Below, in pieces: positions 15,950 through 24,380 of a stretch of 32,000 nucleotides of DNA (position 1 is the stretch's first letter; each line of letters begins with the position of its first letter). Both the position numbers and the translations under genes were made by a program. The stretch is from Mycobacterium tuberculosis H37Rv (lineage in GTDB: Bacteria > Actinomycetota > Actinomycetes > Mycobacteriales > Mycobacteriaceae), in contig NC_000962.3 in NCBI RefSeq assembly GCF_000195955.2, forward strand, positions 390,001-422,000, written 5' to 3'. The notes under the pieces are model-generated. The model ran no database searches, was not told the DNA's origin, and saw only the letters and a list, made by a program, of their open reading frames with translations.

Positions 15950-18448
15950 TCAACGCCTCTCATCTGCGGTTAAGCTCTCCGGGGCCAGCATGGCCCGCAG
16001 CATCGACAACATCTCCGACCGGGAGCCAGCGCCCAGCCGCTGGCGTATCCGGGCGACGTGGTGCTCGACCGTCTTCGCTGAGATGAACAGCCGGGCGCCA
16101 ATGTCGCGATAGGGCATGCCCAGTAGCAGTAGCTCGGCGACTTCGCGTTCGCGATCGGATAGCGGCGAGCCCGCCGGTGGCTGGCGCGGTGCCGGCGGGG
16201 TACCGGAAGCTGGTTCCGTGTCGCCGGCCCCGCTGGGGGGCTCGCCGAAATCGTTGCCCAGCTTAAGATCCCGTGCCAACTGCAGCATGGCACCGGACAC
16301 CCGTGCGTCGGATGTTTGCAATGCGGCCTGACCTGCCAGTCGGGTCGCATCCGACGTCAGGCCGACGTGTGACAGGGACCGCGCCGCCGCGGTGACCTCG
16401 TCGGCGTCGACGTTTTCGGCCAGGACCCGCAGCCAGGTGCGACCGGCATCCGACAGGGCCTGCGCGAGCGTGCTGTGGGCGACCATTGCACCGAGGGCCT
16501 GTCCGTGCGGTGCCACCGATTCCGGCGAATTGGCGAGGATTCCAGCGTGCACTCCAGCCCAATGCAGTGAGTTCGACCACAGGGCGGGGTTGCCCAGCGA
16601 ATCCAGCAGCGTGAGCGCCTGATCCAGGGTGTGTTGTAGCTGGTCAACCTGGCGCATTCGGGCGGCCGCGACCCACAGTTCACCAAGTGGCAGCAGGGCG
16701 AACAGATCGAGCGAATACTCGGCCAGCGCTTCCATCGCCGCATACCAATGCTGTTGCAGCGCACCGATATCGCCGGTGCGACGCGAGATCGCGGTTTGCA
16801 GTGCCGCGGCCCACAACGCGTCGCGCCGGTGCAGGTGCGTGCCGGCGCTGGCCGCCGCGACGTCCGCGCTTGCCGACGGCAATTGCCCCTCTTGCATTTT
16901 GATCCAGCCGGAAAGCAGCAGGTGCCGACGCTGGAACAGCGGGTCGGCGCCGGCTCGCACGGCACGCCCGATCACACTGCGGGCGCGGACCGGATCGCCG
17001 GCGTGTATCGCGGCCAAGGTAACCAGCGCTGCCGGGCTGTCCGGAATGACTTGGCTGAGCGATTGTTCGGTGGCAATGGCTTGGCCCAGTTTTGCCATCG
17101 CGACCGGATACGGCTGATCCATGGTCAGCAGCAGCCCCTCGGCGAGGTTGCGCGCGCAACGCGCTGCCATCGTCGGTGGACCGGCATCCTTGAGTCGCAG
17201 GGTGGCACGCGCCGTCGCCAGGTCGCCGTTCGCGGCGAACACGATCGTGGCGGCCGAGCTCACCATCGTGTCCGGGTGTGGGCCCAGCCAGCCGAACAAC
17301 TCGGCTGCGTGTCCCGTGTTGCCGTCGTGGACCGCGACGCTGGCCGCAACCCGCACCGCGGCAGCGCGTTCGGTGGCATCCGGGGAGCTGAGCAGATCGT
17401 CGGCTAGTGTTGCCGCGGCCGTACAGTCGCCGGTGCGGGCCAGTGCGTCGGCCAGGCGGACCGTCAATCCTTTGGCGCCGGCATGGACCGCGGCGCGGTA
17501 CAGCCGTGCGCAACGGACCGAAGCGTCGCGGGTGTCCGCGGCGTACCGCGTGAGGATGTCCGCCAGCCGCTCGTCGCGCAGCCCGTGTTCGGCCAGTCGC
17601 AGCGCTAGCTCCGCCGACACCGGCGAGATATCGAGTTGTGAGCGTAACAGCGAGGTTTCGACCTCGTGGTGGTGTGCATTGCCGACGATCTGAGCGATCG
17701 CATCATGGACTGACTGCAGAAACGCCGCGGTGTGTGACGACTCGATCAGTCCGCTGGCGTGCGCACGATCGACCAATCCGCGGGCATCCGTTACCGAAAT
17801 CCCAAGTGCAGCAGCTACATCGCTGACCCCTAGCTCGTGGGTTAGCGACATCATGAGCAGGGTGTCCAGAGTGGGTTCGTCGAGGCGGCGCAGCCGCTCG
17901 ATGAGGGCCACCTTGGCCGCTTGCGCGGGAGCCTGTGCCCTGGCGGAAACCGCATGAATGAGGAACGGCAGTCCCGCGGTGCAATCTCGCAGGTGCTCGG
18001 CAACCGGAAGTGGACCGAGCGAGATTCGTGGCCGGTCCCGTTCGAGCGCCATCGTCAGGGCTCGTAGTGCCCGGTGGTGCTCGCGGGCTTCCGCGGCCGC
18101 CACCACCGTCAGCCGTGAATCGGCCACGCGCTCGGTGAGCCGGAGCAATTCGGTATCGGTGAGCAACTGGGCGTCGTCGATGACGAGCGCGGTCTCCGGC
18201 GGTTCGCCGTCTGGCGGCGGGCATGCCAGCACGGTGAGTCCCGAGCGGCGCAGTGTGTCGCGGGCGGCAGCCAGAACGGTGGTCTTGCCCGTTCCGATGC
18301 CCCCGGTGATCAGGACCTTGACCGGTACCGTCGGGGCATTCGCGAGTTCCAGGAGGGCACGGCGTGCTGCCGGCGGGACCTCGGTGAGGGAATCGGTCAC
18401 CGATGCGTCGTATGCTTGGCCACGGTTCTTGCACCCCCTGTGCTGCAC
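15950..18448 (-). CDS. iniR: Large ATP-binding LuxR-family (LAL/STAND-type) transcriptional regulator (Rv0339c, 832 aa)
   Basis: GTG start. Walker A VLITGGIGTGKTTVLAAA and Walker B-like ALVIDDAQLL. A long helical-repeat middle. C-terminal LuxR HTH LSDREREVAELLLLGMPYRDIGARLFISAKTVEHHVARIRQRLG. As I recall it was named IniR as the activator of iniBAC. Confidence 0.9.
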   Translation of the reverse strand: MQHRGCKNRGQAYDASVTDSLTEVPPAARRALLELANAPTVPVKVLITGGIGTGKTTVLAAARDTLRRSGLTVLACPPPDGEPPETALVIDDAQLLTDTELLRLTERVADSRLTVVAAAEAREHHRALRALTMALERDRPRISLGPLPVAEHLRDCTAGLPFLIHAVSARAQAPAQAAKVALIERLRRLDEPTLDTLLMMSLTHELGVSDVAAALGISVTDARGLVDRAHASGLIESSHTAAFLQSVHDAIAQIVGNAHHHEVETSLLRSQLDISPVSAELALRLAEHGLRDERLADILTRYAADTRDASVRCARLYRAAVHAGAKGLTVRLADALARTGDCTAAATLADDLLSSPDATERAAAVRVAASVAVHDGNTGHAAELFGWLGPHPDTMVSSAATIVFAANGDLATARATLRLKDAGPPTMAARCARNLAEGLLLTMDQPYPVAMAKLGQAIATEQSLSQVIPDSPAALVTLAAIHAGDPVRARSVIGRAVRAGADPLFQRRHLLLSGWIKMQEGQLPSASADVAAASAGTHLHRRDALWAAALQTAISRRTGDIGALQQHWYAAMEALAEYSLDLFALLPLGELWVAAARMRQVDQLQHTLDQALTLLDSLGNPALWSNSLHWAGVHAGILANSPESVAPHGQALGAMVAHSTLAQALSDAGRTWLRVLAENVDADEVTAAARSLSHVGLTSDATRLAGQAALQTSDARVSGAMLQLARDLKLGNDFGEPPSGAGDTEPASGTPPAPRQPPAGSPLSDREREVAELLLLGMPYRDIGARLFISAKTVEHHVARIRQRLGAGSRSEMLSMLRAMLAPESLTADERR

Positions 18449-18501
18449 GGCTGGTCGGCGGCGGCTCCCTCACCATAGCCCCAGCCCGTCCCGCAGCCCC
18501 G

Positions 18502-18531
18502 CATTTCCCCTAATGCGGCCATCCCCTAACG
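18502..18531 (+). promoter_or_regulatory. Shared ini-locus cis element, copy 1 (iniR / Rv0340 divergent intergenic)
   Basis: CATTTCCCCTAAT-gcggccat-CCCCTAACG. The same 13-mer and 9-mer recur upstream of iniB. Confidence 0.55.
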
Positions 18532-18633
18532 GCGCCCCGGGGCCGGCGGGTTCCGCACCGAACACGGACGCGGCCTCAACCGATAGCATCGTGCTAACAC
18601 GGGACTAACGGGGGTGGGGCAAGGAGGCGGGTA

Positions 18634-19173
18634 GTGGCAAACTCGTTGCTCGACTTTGTCATCTCGCTTGTGCGCGACCCGGAAGCGGCCGCACGTTACG
18701 CCGCGAACCCCGAGCGGTCGATCGCCGAAGCTCACCTTACCGACGTGACCAGAGCGGATGTGAACAGCCTGATCCCGGTGGTGTCGGATTCGTTGTCGAT
18801 GTCCGAACCCATCGGAGCCGCTGGCGGGGCACACGCTGGCGATCGTGGCAACGTTTGGGCGAGCGGCGCGGCCACGGCTGCGCTTGATGCGTTCGCCCCA
18901 CACGCCGATGCGGGTGTTGTCCAACAGCACGGTGCGGTCGGCAGCGTTCTCAACCAGCCGACCCCACCCGGACCGGGCGTGACACCCACCGATCCGCGCC
19001 CCTTCCGAGCCGGTCCACATGAGACGTCGGCGCTGCTCACGAGCGCTGAAATACCCGACACGACCAGCGAGGACGGGGGATTGCCGACAGACCATCCGGC
19101 TGTCTGGAACCACCCGGTCGTTGACCCACATACCGTCGAGCCCGATCATCACGGCTACGACATCCACGGATAA
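18634..19173 (+). CDS. IniB-N-terminal-domain protein (Rv0340-like, 179 aa)
   Basis: GTG start. The N-terminus MANSLLDFVISLVRDPEAAARYAANPERSIAEAHLTDVTRADVNSLIPVV aligns by eye with the IniB N-terminus. The remainder is low-complexity and Pro/His-rich. Confidence 0.8.
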   Translation: MANSLLDFVISLVRDPEAAARYAANPERSIAEAHLTDVTRADVNSLIPVVSDSLSMSEPIGAAGGAHAGDRGNVWASGAATAALDAFAPHADAGVVQQHGAVGSVLNQPTPPGPGVTPTDPRPFRAGPHETSALLTSAEIPDTTSEDGGLPTDHPAVWNHPVVDPHTVEPDHHGYDIHG

Positions 19174-19198
19174 GTTCCGGACCGGCGTAGGGGTGCCC

Positions 19199-19220
19199 CA
19201 TTTCCCCTAATCCCCTAACG
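19199..19220 (+). promoter_or_regulatory. Shared ini-locus cis element, copy 2 (upstream of iniB)
   Basis: CATTTCCCCTAAT directly abutting CCCCTAACG, about 140 nt upstream of the iniB ATG. Confidence 0.55.
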
Positions 19221-19361
19221 CGGCGGCCAGGCCGATCCCGATAGGTGTTTGGCCGGCTTGCGGATCAGACCCCGATTTCGGGGTGAGGCGGAATCCATAG
19301 CGTCGATGGCACAGCGCCGGTCACGCCGGCGAACAGCTTCTTCGATTGAAGGGAAATGAAG

Positions 19362-20801
19362 ATGACCTCGCTTATCGATTACATCCTGAGCCTGTTCCGC
19401 AGCGAAGACGCCGCCCGGTCGTTCGTTGCCGCTCCGGGACGGGCCATGACCAGTGCCGGGCTGATCGATATCGCGCCGCACCAAATCTCATCGGTGGCGG
19501 CCAATGTGGTGCCGGGTCTGAATCTGGGTGCCGGCGACCCCATGAGCGGATTGCGGCAGGCCGTCGCCGCTCGGCATGGCTTTGCGCAGGACGTCGCCAA
19601 TGTCGGCTTCGCCGGTGACGCGGGCGCGGGGGTGGCAAGCGTCATCACGACCGATGTCGGTGCGGGCCTGGCTAGCGGACTGGGTGCTGGGTTCCTGGGT
19701 CAGGGTGGCCTGGCTCTCGCCGCGTCAAGCGGTGGTTTCGGCGGTCAGGTCGGCTTGGCTGCCCAGGTCGGTCTGGGTTTTACTGCCGTGATTGAGGCCG
19801 AGGTCGGCGCTCAGGTTGGTGCTGGGTTAGGTATTGGGACGGGTCTGGGTGCTCAGGCCGGTATGGGCTTTGGCGGCGGGGTTGGCCTGGGTCTGGGTGG
19901 TCAGGCCGGCGGTGTGATCGGTGGGAGCGCGGCCGGGGCTATCGGTGCCGGCGTCGGCGGTCGCCTAGGCGGCAATGGCCAGATCGGAGTTGCCGGCCAG
20001 GGTGCCGTTGGCGCTGGTGTCGGCGCTGGTGTCGGCGGCCAGGCGGGCATCGCTAGCCAGATCGGTGTCTCAGCCGGTGGTGGGCTCGGCGGCGTCGGCA
20101 ATGTCAGCGGCCTGACCGGGGTCAGCAGCAACGCAGTGTTGGCTTCCAACGCAAGCGGCCAGGCGGGGTTGATCGCCAGTGAAGGCGCTGCCTTGAACGG
20201 CGCTGCTATGCCTCATCTGTCGGGCCCGTTAGCCGGTGTCGGTGTGGGTGGTCAGGCCGGCGCCGCTGGCGGCGCCGGGTTGGGCTTCGGAGCGGTCGGG
20301 CACCCGACTCCTCAGCCGGCGGCCCTGGGCGCGGCTGGCGTGGTGGCCAAGACCGAGGCGGCTGCTGGAGTGGTTGGCGGGGTCGGCGGGGCAACCGCGG
20401 CCGGGGTCGGCGGGGCACACGGCGACATCCTGGGCCACGAGGGAGCCGCACTGGGCAGTGTCGACACGGTCAACGCCGGTGTCACGCCCGTCGAGCATGG
20501 CTTGGTCCTGCCCAGTGGCCCCCTGATCCACGGCGGTACCGGCGGCTATGGCGGCATGAACCCGCCAGTGACCGATGCGCCGGCACCGCAAGTTCCGGCG
20601 CGGGCCCAGCCGATGACCACGGCGGCCGAGCACACGCCGGCGGTTACCCAACCGCAGCACACGCCGGTCGAGCCGCCGGTCCACGATAAGCCGCCGAGCC
20701 ATTCGGTGTTTGACGTCGGTCACGAGCCGCCGGTGACGCACACGCCGCCGGCGCCCATCGAACTGCCGTCGTACGGCCTTTTCGGACTACCCGGGTTCTG
20801 A
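19362..20801 (+). CDS. iniB: Isoniazid-inducible protein IniB: conserved N-terminal domain, long Gly/Ala-rich array and Pro-rich C-terminus (479 aa)
   Basis: ORF opens at ATG 19356. The second ATG (19362) sits 8 nt after GAAGGGA (SD-like) and is preferred. MTSLIDYILSLFRSEDAARSFVAAPGRAM..., then about 280 aa of G-x-G repeats. Confidence 0.9.
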   Translation: MTSLIDYILSLFRSEDAARSFVAAPGRAMTSAGLIDIAPHQISSVAANVVPGLNLGAGDPMSGLRQAVAARHGFAQDVANVGFAGDAGAGVASVITTDVGAGLASGLGAGFLGQGGLALAASSGGFGGQVGLAAQVGLGFTAVIEAEVGAQVGAGLGIGTGLGAQAGMGFGGGVGLGLGGQAGGVIGGSAAGAIGAGVGGRLGGNGQIGVAGQGAVGAGVGAGVGGQAGIASQIGVSAGGGLGGVGNVSGLTGVSSNAVLASNASGQAGLIASEGAALNGAAMPHLSGPLAGVGVGGQAGAAGGAGLGFGAVGHPTPQPAALGAAGVVAKTEAAAGVVGGVGGATAAGVGGAHGDILGHEGAALGSVDTVNAGVTPVEHGLVLPSGPLIHGGTGGYGGMNPPVTDAPAPQVPARAQPMTTAAEHTPAVTQPQHTPVEPPVHDKPPSHSVFDVGHEPPVTHTPPAPIELPSYGLFGLPGF

Positions 20802-20822
20802 TTCGCGAGCCGATTTCACGAA

Positions 20823-20857
20823 CCGGTGGGGACGTTCATGGTCCCCGCCGGTTTGTG
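20823..20857 (+). terminator. Terminator-like / translation-occluding hairpin at the iniB-iniA junction
   Basis: CCGGTGGGGAC-gttcatg-GTCCCCGCCGG forms an 11-bp stem (10 Watson-Crick pairs plus 1 G.U) with a 7-nt loop, followed by TTTGTG. The iniA ATG (20838-20840) is in the loop and the GGGGA SD-like sequence is in the 5' arm. Confidence 0.4.
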
Positions 20858-22760
20858 CGCATACCGTGATCTGAGGCGTAAACGAGCGAGAAAGTGGGGC
20901 GACACGGTGACCCAGCCCGATGACCCACGTCGGGTCGGTGTGATCGTCGAACTGATCGATCACACTATCGCCATCGCCAAACTGAACGAGCGTGGTGATC
21001 TAGTACAGCGGTTGACGCGGGCTCGCCAGCGGATCACCGACCCGCAGGTCCGTGTGGTGATCGCCGGGCTGCTCAAACAGGGCAAGAGTCAATTGCTCAA
21101 TTCGTTGCTCAACCTGCCCGCGGCGCGAGTAGGCGATGACGAGGCCACCGTGGTGATCACCGTCGTAAGCTACAGCGCCCAACCGTCGGCCCGGCTTGTG
21201 CTGGCCGCCGGGCCCGACGGGACAACCGCAGCGGTTGACATTCCCGTCGATGACATCAGCACCGATGTGCGTCGGGCTCCGCACGCCGGTGGCCGCGAGG
21301 TGTTGCGGGTCGAGGTCGGCGCGCCCAGCCCGCTGCTGCGGGGCGGGCTGGCGTTTATCGATACTCCGGGTGTGGGCGGCCTCGGACAGCCCCACCTGTC
21401 GGCGACGCTGGGGCTGCTACCCGAGGCCGATGCCGTCTTGGTGGTCAGCGACACCAGCCAGGAATTCACCGAACCCGAGATGTGGTTCGTGCGGCAGGCC
21501 CACCAGATCTGTCCGGTCGGGGCGGTCGTGGCCACCAAGACCGACCTGTATCCGCGCTGGCGGGAGATCGTCAATGCCAATGCAGCACATCTGCAGCGGG
21601 CCCGGGTTCCGATGCCGATCATCGCAGTCTCATCACTGTTGCGCAGCCACGCGGTCACGCTTAACGACAAAGAGCTCAACGAAGAGTCCAACTTTCCGGC
21701 GATCGTCAAGTTTCTCAGCGAGCAGGTGCTTTCCCGCGCGACGGAGCGAGTGCGTGCTGGGGTACTCGGCGAAATACGTTCGGCAACAGAGCAATTGGCG
21801 GTGTCTCTAGGTTCCGAACTATCGGTGGTCAACGACCCGAACCTCCGTGACCGACTTGCTTCGGATTTGGAGCGGCGCAAACGGGAAGCCCAGCAGGCGG
21901 TGCAACAGACAGCGCTGTGGCAGCAGGTGCTGGGCGACGGGTTCAACGACCTGACTGCTGACGTGGACCACGACCTACGAACCCGCTTCCGCACCGTCAC
22001 CGAAGACGCCGAGCGCCAGATCGACTCCTGTGACCCGACTGCGCATTGGGCCGAGATTGGCAACGACGTCGAGAATGCGATCGCCACAGCGGTCGGCGAC
22101 AACTTCGTGTGGGCATACCAGCGTTCCGAAGCGTTGGCCGACGACGTCGCTCGCTCCTTTGCCGACGCGGGGTTGGACTCGGTCCTGTCAGCAGAGCTGA
22201 GCCCCCACGTCATGGGCACCGACTTCGGCCGGCTCAAAGCGCTGGGCCGGATGGAATCGAAACCGCTGCGCCGGGGCCATAAAATGATTATCGGCATGCG
22301 GGGTTCCTATGGCGGCGTGGTCATGATTGGCATGCTGTCGTCGGTGGTCGGACTTGGGTTGTTCAACCCGCTATCGGTGGGGGCCGGGTTGATCCTCGGC
22401 CGGATGGCATATAAAGAGGACAAACAAAACCGGTTGCTGCGGGTGCGCAGCGAGGCCAAGGCCAATGTGCGGCGCTTCGTCGACGACATTTCGTTCGTCG
22501 TCAGCAAACAATCACGGGATCGGCTCAAGATGATCCAGCGTCTGCTGCGCGACCACTACCGCGAGATCGCCGAAGAGATCACCCGGTCGCTCACCGAGTC
22601 CCTGCAGGCGACCATCGCGGCGGCGCAGGTGGCGGAAACCGAGCGGGACAATCGAATTCGGGAACTTCAGCGGCAATTGGGTATCCTGAGCCAGGTCAAC
22701 GACAACCTTGCCGGCTTGGAGCCAACCTTGACGCCCCGGGCGAGCTTGGGACGAGCGTGA
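20838..22760 (+). CDS. iniA: Bacterial dynamin-like GTPase IniA (640 aa)
   Basis: G1 P-loop GLLKQGKSQLLNSLL, G3 FIDTPGVGGL and G4-like ATKTDL. Hydrophobic paddle/membrane segment GGVVMIGMLSSVVGLGLFNPLSVGAGLILG. Coiled-coil stalk. ORF opens at GTG 20826; ATG 20838 is used here. Confidence 0.92.
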   Translation: MVPAGLCAYRDLRRKRARKWGDTVTQPDDPRRVGVIVELIDHTIAIAKLNERGDLVQRLTRARQRITDPQVRVVIAGLLKQGKSQLLNSLLNLPAARVGDDEATVVITVVSYSAQPSARLVLAAGPDGTTAAVDIPVDDISTDVRRAPHAGGREVLRVEVGAPSPLLRGGLAFIDTPGVGGLGQPHLSATLGLLPEADAVLVVSDTSQEFTEPEMWFVRQAHQICPVGAVVATKTDLYPRWREIVNANAAHLQRARVPMPIIAVSSLLRSHAVTLNDKELNEESNFPAIVKFLSEQVLSRATERVRAGVLGEIRSATEQLAVSLGSELSVVNDPNLRDRLASDLERRKREAQQAVQQTALWQQVLGDGFNDLTADVDHDLRTRFRTVTEDAERQIDSCDPTAHWAEIGNDVENAIATAVGDNFVWAYQRSEALADDVARSFADAGLDSVLSAELSPHVMGTDFGRLKALGRMESKPLRRGHKMIIGMRGSYGGVVMIGMLSSVVGLGLFNPLSVGAGLILGRMAYKEDKQNRLLRVRSEAKANVRRFVDDISFVVSKQSRDRLKMIQRLLRDHYREIAEEITRSLTESLQATIAAAQVAETERDNRIRELQRQLGILSQVNDNLAGLEPTLTPRASLGRA

Positions 22761-24238
22761 GCACCAGCGACCGGGTCCGCGCGATTCTGCACGCAACCAT
22801 CCAGGCCTACCGGGGTGCGCCGGCCTATCGTCAGCGTGGCGACGTTTTTTGCCAGCTGGACCGCATCGGTGCGCGCCTAGCCGAACCGCTGCGCATCGCG
22901 TTGGCTGGCACACTCAAGGCCGGAAAATCCACTCTCGTCAACGCCCTTGTCGGCGACGACATCGCTCCGACCGATGCCACCGAGGCCACCCGGATTGTGA
23001 CCTGGTTCCGGCACGGTCCGACACCGCGGGTCACCGCCAACCATCGCGGCGGTCGACGCGCCAACGTGCCGATCACCCGTCGGGGCGGGCTGAGTTTCGA
23101 CCTGCGCAGGATCAACCCGGCCGAGCTGATCGACCTGGAAGTCGAGTGGCCAGCCGAGGAACTCATCGACGCCACCATTGTTGACACCCCGGGAACGTCG
23201 TCGTTGGCATGCGATGCCTCCGAGCGCACGTTGCGGCTGCTGGTCCCCGCCGACGGGGTGCCTCGGGTGGATGCGGTGGTGTTCCTGTTGCGCACCCTGA
23301 ACGCCGCTGACGTCGCGCTGCTCAAACAGATCGGTGGGCTGGTCGGCGGGTCGGTGGGAGCCCTGGGCATCATCGGGGTGGCGTCTCGCGCGGATGAGAT
23401 CGGCGCGGGCCGCATCGACGCGATGCTCTCGGCCAACGACGTGGCCAAGCGGTTCACCCGCGAACTGAACCAGATGGGCATTTGCCAGGCGGTGGTGCCG
23501 GTATCCGGACTTCTTGCGCTGACCGCGCGCACACTGCGCCAGACCGAGTTCATCGCGCTGCGCAAGCTGGCCGGTGCCGAGCGCACCGAGCTCAATAGGG
23601 CCCTGCTGAGCGTGGACCGTTTTGTGCGCCGGGACAGTCCGCTACCGGTGGACGCGGGCATCCGTGCGCAATTGCTCGAGCGGTTCGGCATGTTCGGCAT
23701 CCGGATGTCGATTGCCGTGCTGGCGGCCGGCGTGACCGATTCGACCGGGCTGGCCGCCGAACTGCTGGAGCGCAGCGGGCTGGTGGCGCTGCGCAATGTG
23801 ATAGACCAGCAGTTCGCGCAGCGCTCCGACATGCTTAAGGCGCATACCGCCTTGGTCTCCTTGCGCCGATTCGTGCAGACGCATCCGGTGCCGGCGACCC
23901 CGTACGTCATTGCCGACATCGACCCGTTGCTAGCCGACACCCACGCCTTCGAAGAACTCCGAATGCTAAGCCTTTTGCCTTCGCGGGCAACGACATTGAA
24001 CGACGACGAAATCGCGTCGCTGCGCCGCATCATCGGCGGGTCGGGCACCAGTGCCGCCGCTCGGCTGGGCCTGGATCCCGCGAATTCTCGCGAGGCCCCG
24101 CGCGCCGCGCTGGCCGCAGCGCAACACTGGCGTCGCCGTGCGGCGCATCCACTCAACGATCCGTTCACTACCAGGGCCTGTCGCGCGGCGGTGCGCAGCG
24201 CCGAGGCGATGGTGGCGGAGTTCTCTGCTCGCCGCTGA
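22757..24238 (+). CDS. iniC: Bacterial dynamin-like GTPase IniC (493 aa)
   Basis: GTG 22757 overlaps the iniA stop (GTGA). P-loop GTLKAGKSTLVNALVG, G3 IVDTPGTSSL and G4-like ASRADE. Confidence 0.92.
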   Translation: MSTSDRVRAILHATIQAYRGAPAYRQRGDVFCQLDRIGARLAEPLRIALAGTLKAGKSTLVNALVGDDIAPTDATEATRIVTWFRHGPTPRVTANHRGGRRANVPITRRGGLSFDLRRINPAELIDLEVEWPAEELIDATIVDTPGTSSLACDASERTLRLLVPADGVPRVDAVVFLLRTLNAADVALLKQIGGLVGGSVGALGIIGVASRADEIGAGRIDAMLSANDVAKRFTRELNQMGICQAVVPVSGLLALTARTLRQTEFIALRKLAGAERTELNRALLSVDRFVRRDSPLPVDAGIRAQLLERFGMFGIRMSIAVLAAGVTDSTGLAAELLERSGLVALRNVIDQQFAQRSDMLKAHTALVSLRRFVQTHPVPATPYVIADIDPLLADTHAFEELRMLSLLPSRATTLNDDEIASLRRIIGGSGTSAAARLGLDPANSREAPRAALAAAQHWRRRAAHPLNDPFTTRACRAAVRSAEAMVAEFSARR

Positions 24239-24380
24239 CGCGTCAGGCCCTCGGGTGTCACAGTGGTGGGCGTGACTGGTGGCGCCAACGCAACGGTGAT
24301 CAGCCACCGGGTGGAACATGTTTTCGAGCCCAAGGGGCAGCGACGGCAGCTCGGGGCACAAGGGTCATAAGGGCATGCGC

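Noticed and set aside
19269-19284. Inverted repeat ACCCCGAtTTCGGGGT in the iniB upstream region, considered as an attenuator or terminator after Rv0340.
   Set aside because: A perfect 7-bp dyad with only a 2-nt centre forms at best a 6-bp stem with a 4-nt loop and has no T-tract. Its position relative to the iniB TSS is unknown to me, so it is too weak to call.
22831-24333. 500-aa ORF on the minus strand, plus similar long antisense ORFs at 21170..22297, 10198..11367, 7579..8568, 30639..31571 and 8247..9029.
   Set aside because: All lie antisense to ORFs with clear family motifs (iniC, iniA, the REP13E12 HNH protein, Rv0332/0333, dnaK and rmlA). Their translations are Arg/Ser/Pro/Ala-rich with no motifs. 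Long stop-free antisense frames are expected in a roughly 65% GC genome.
24239-24380. Searched the convergent iniC/lpqJ spacer for a bidirectional intrinsic terminator.
   Set aside because: Only short stems are present (GTCAC-N10-GTGAC and CCACCgGGTGG), with no flanking T/A tracts. Nothing is convincing.
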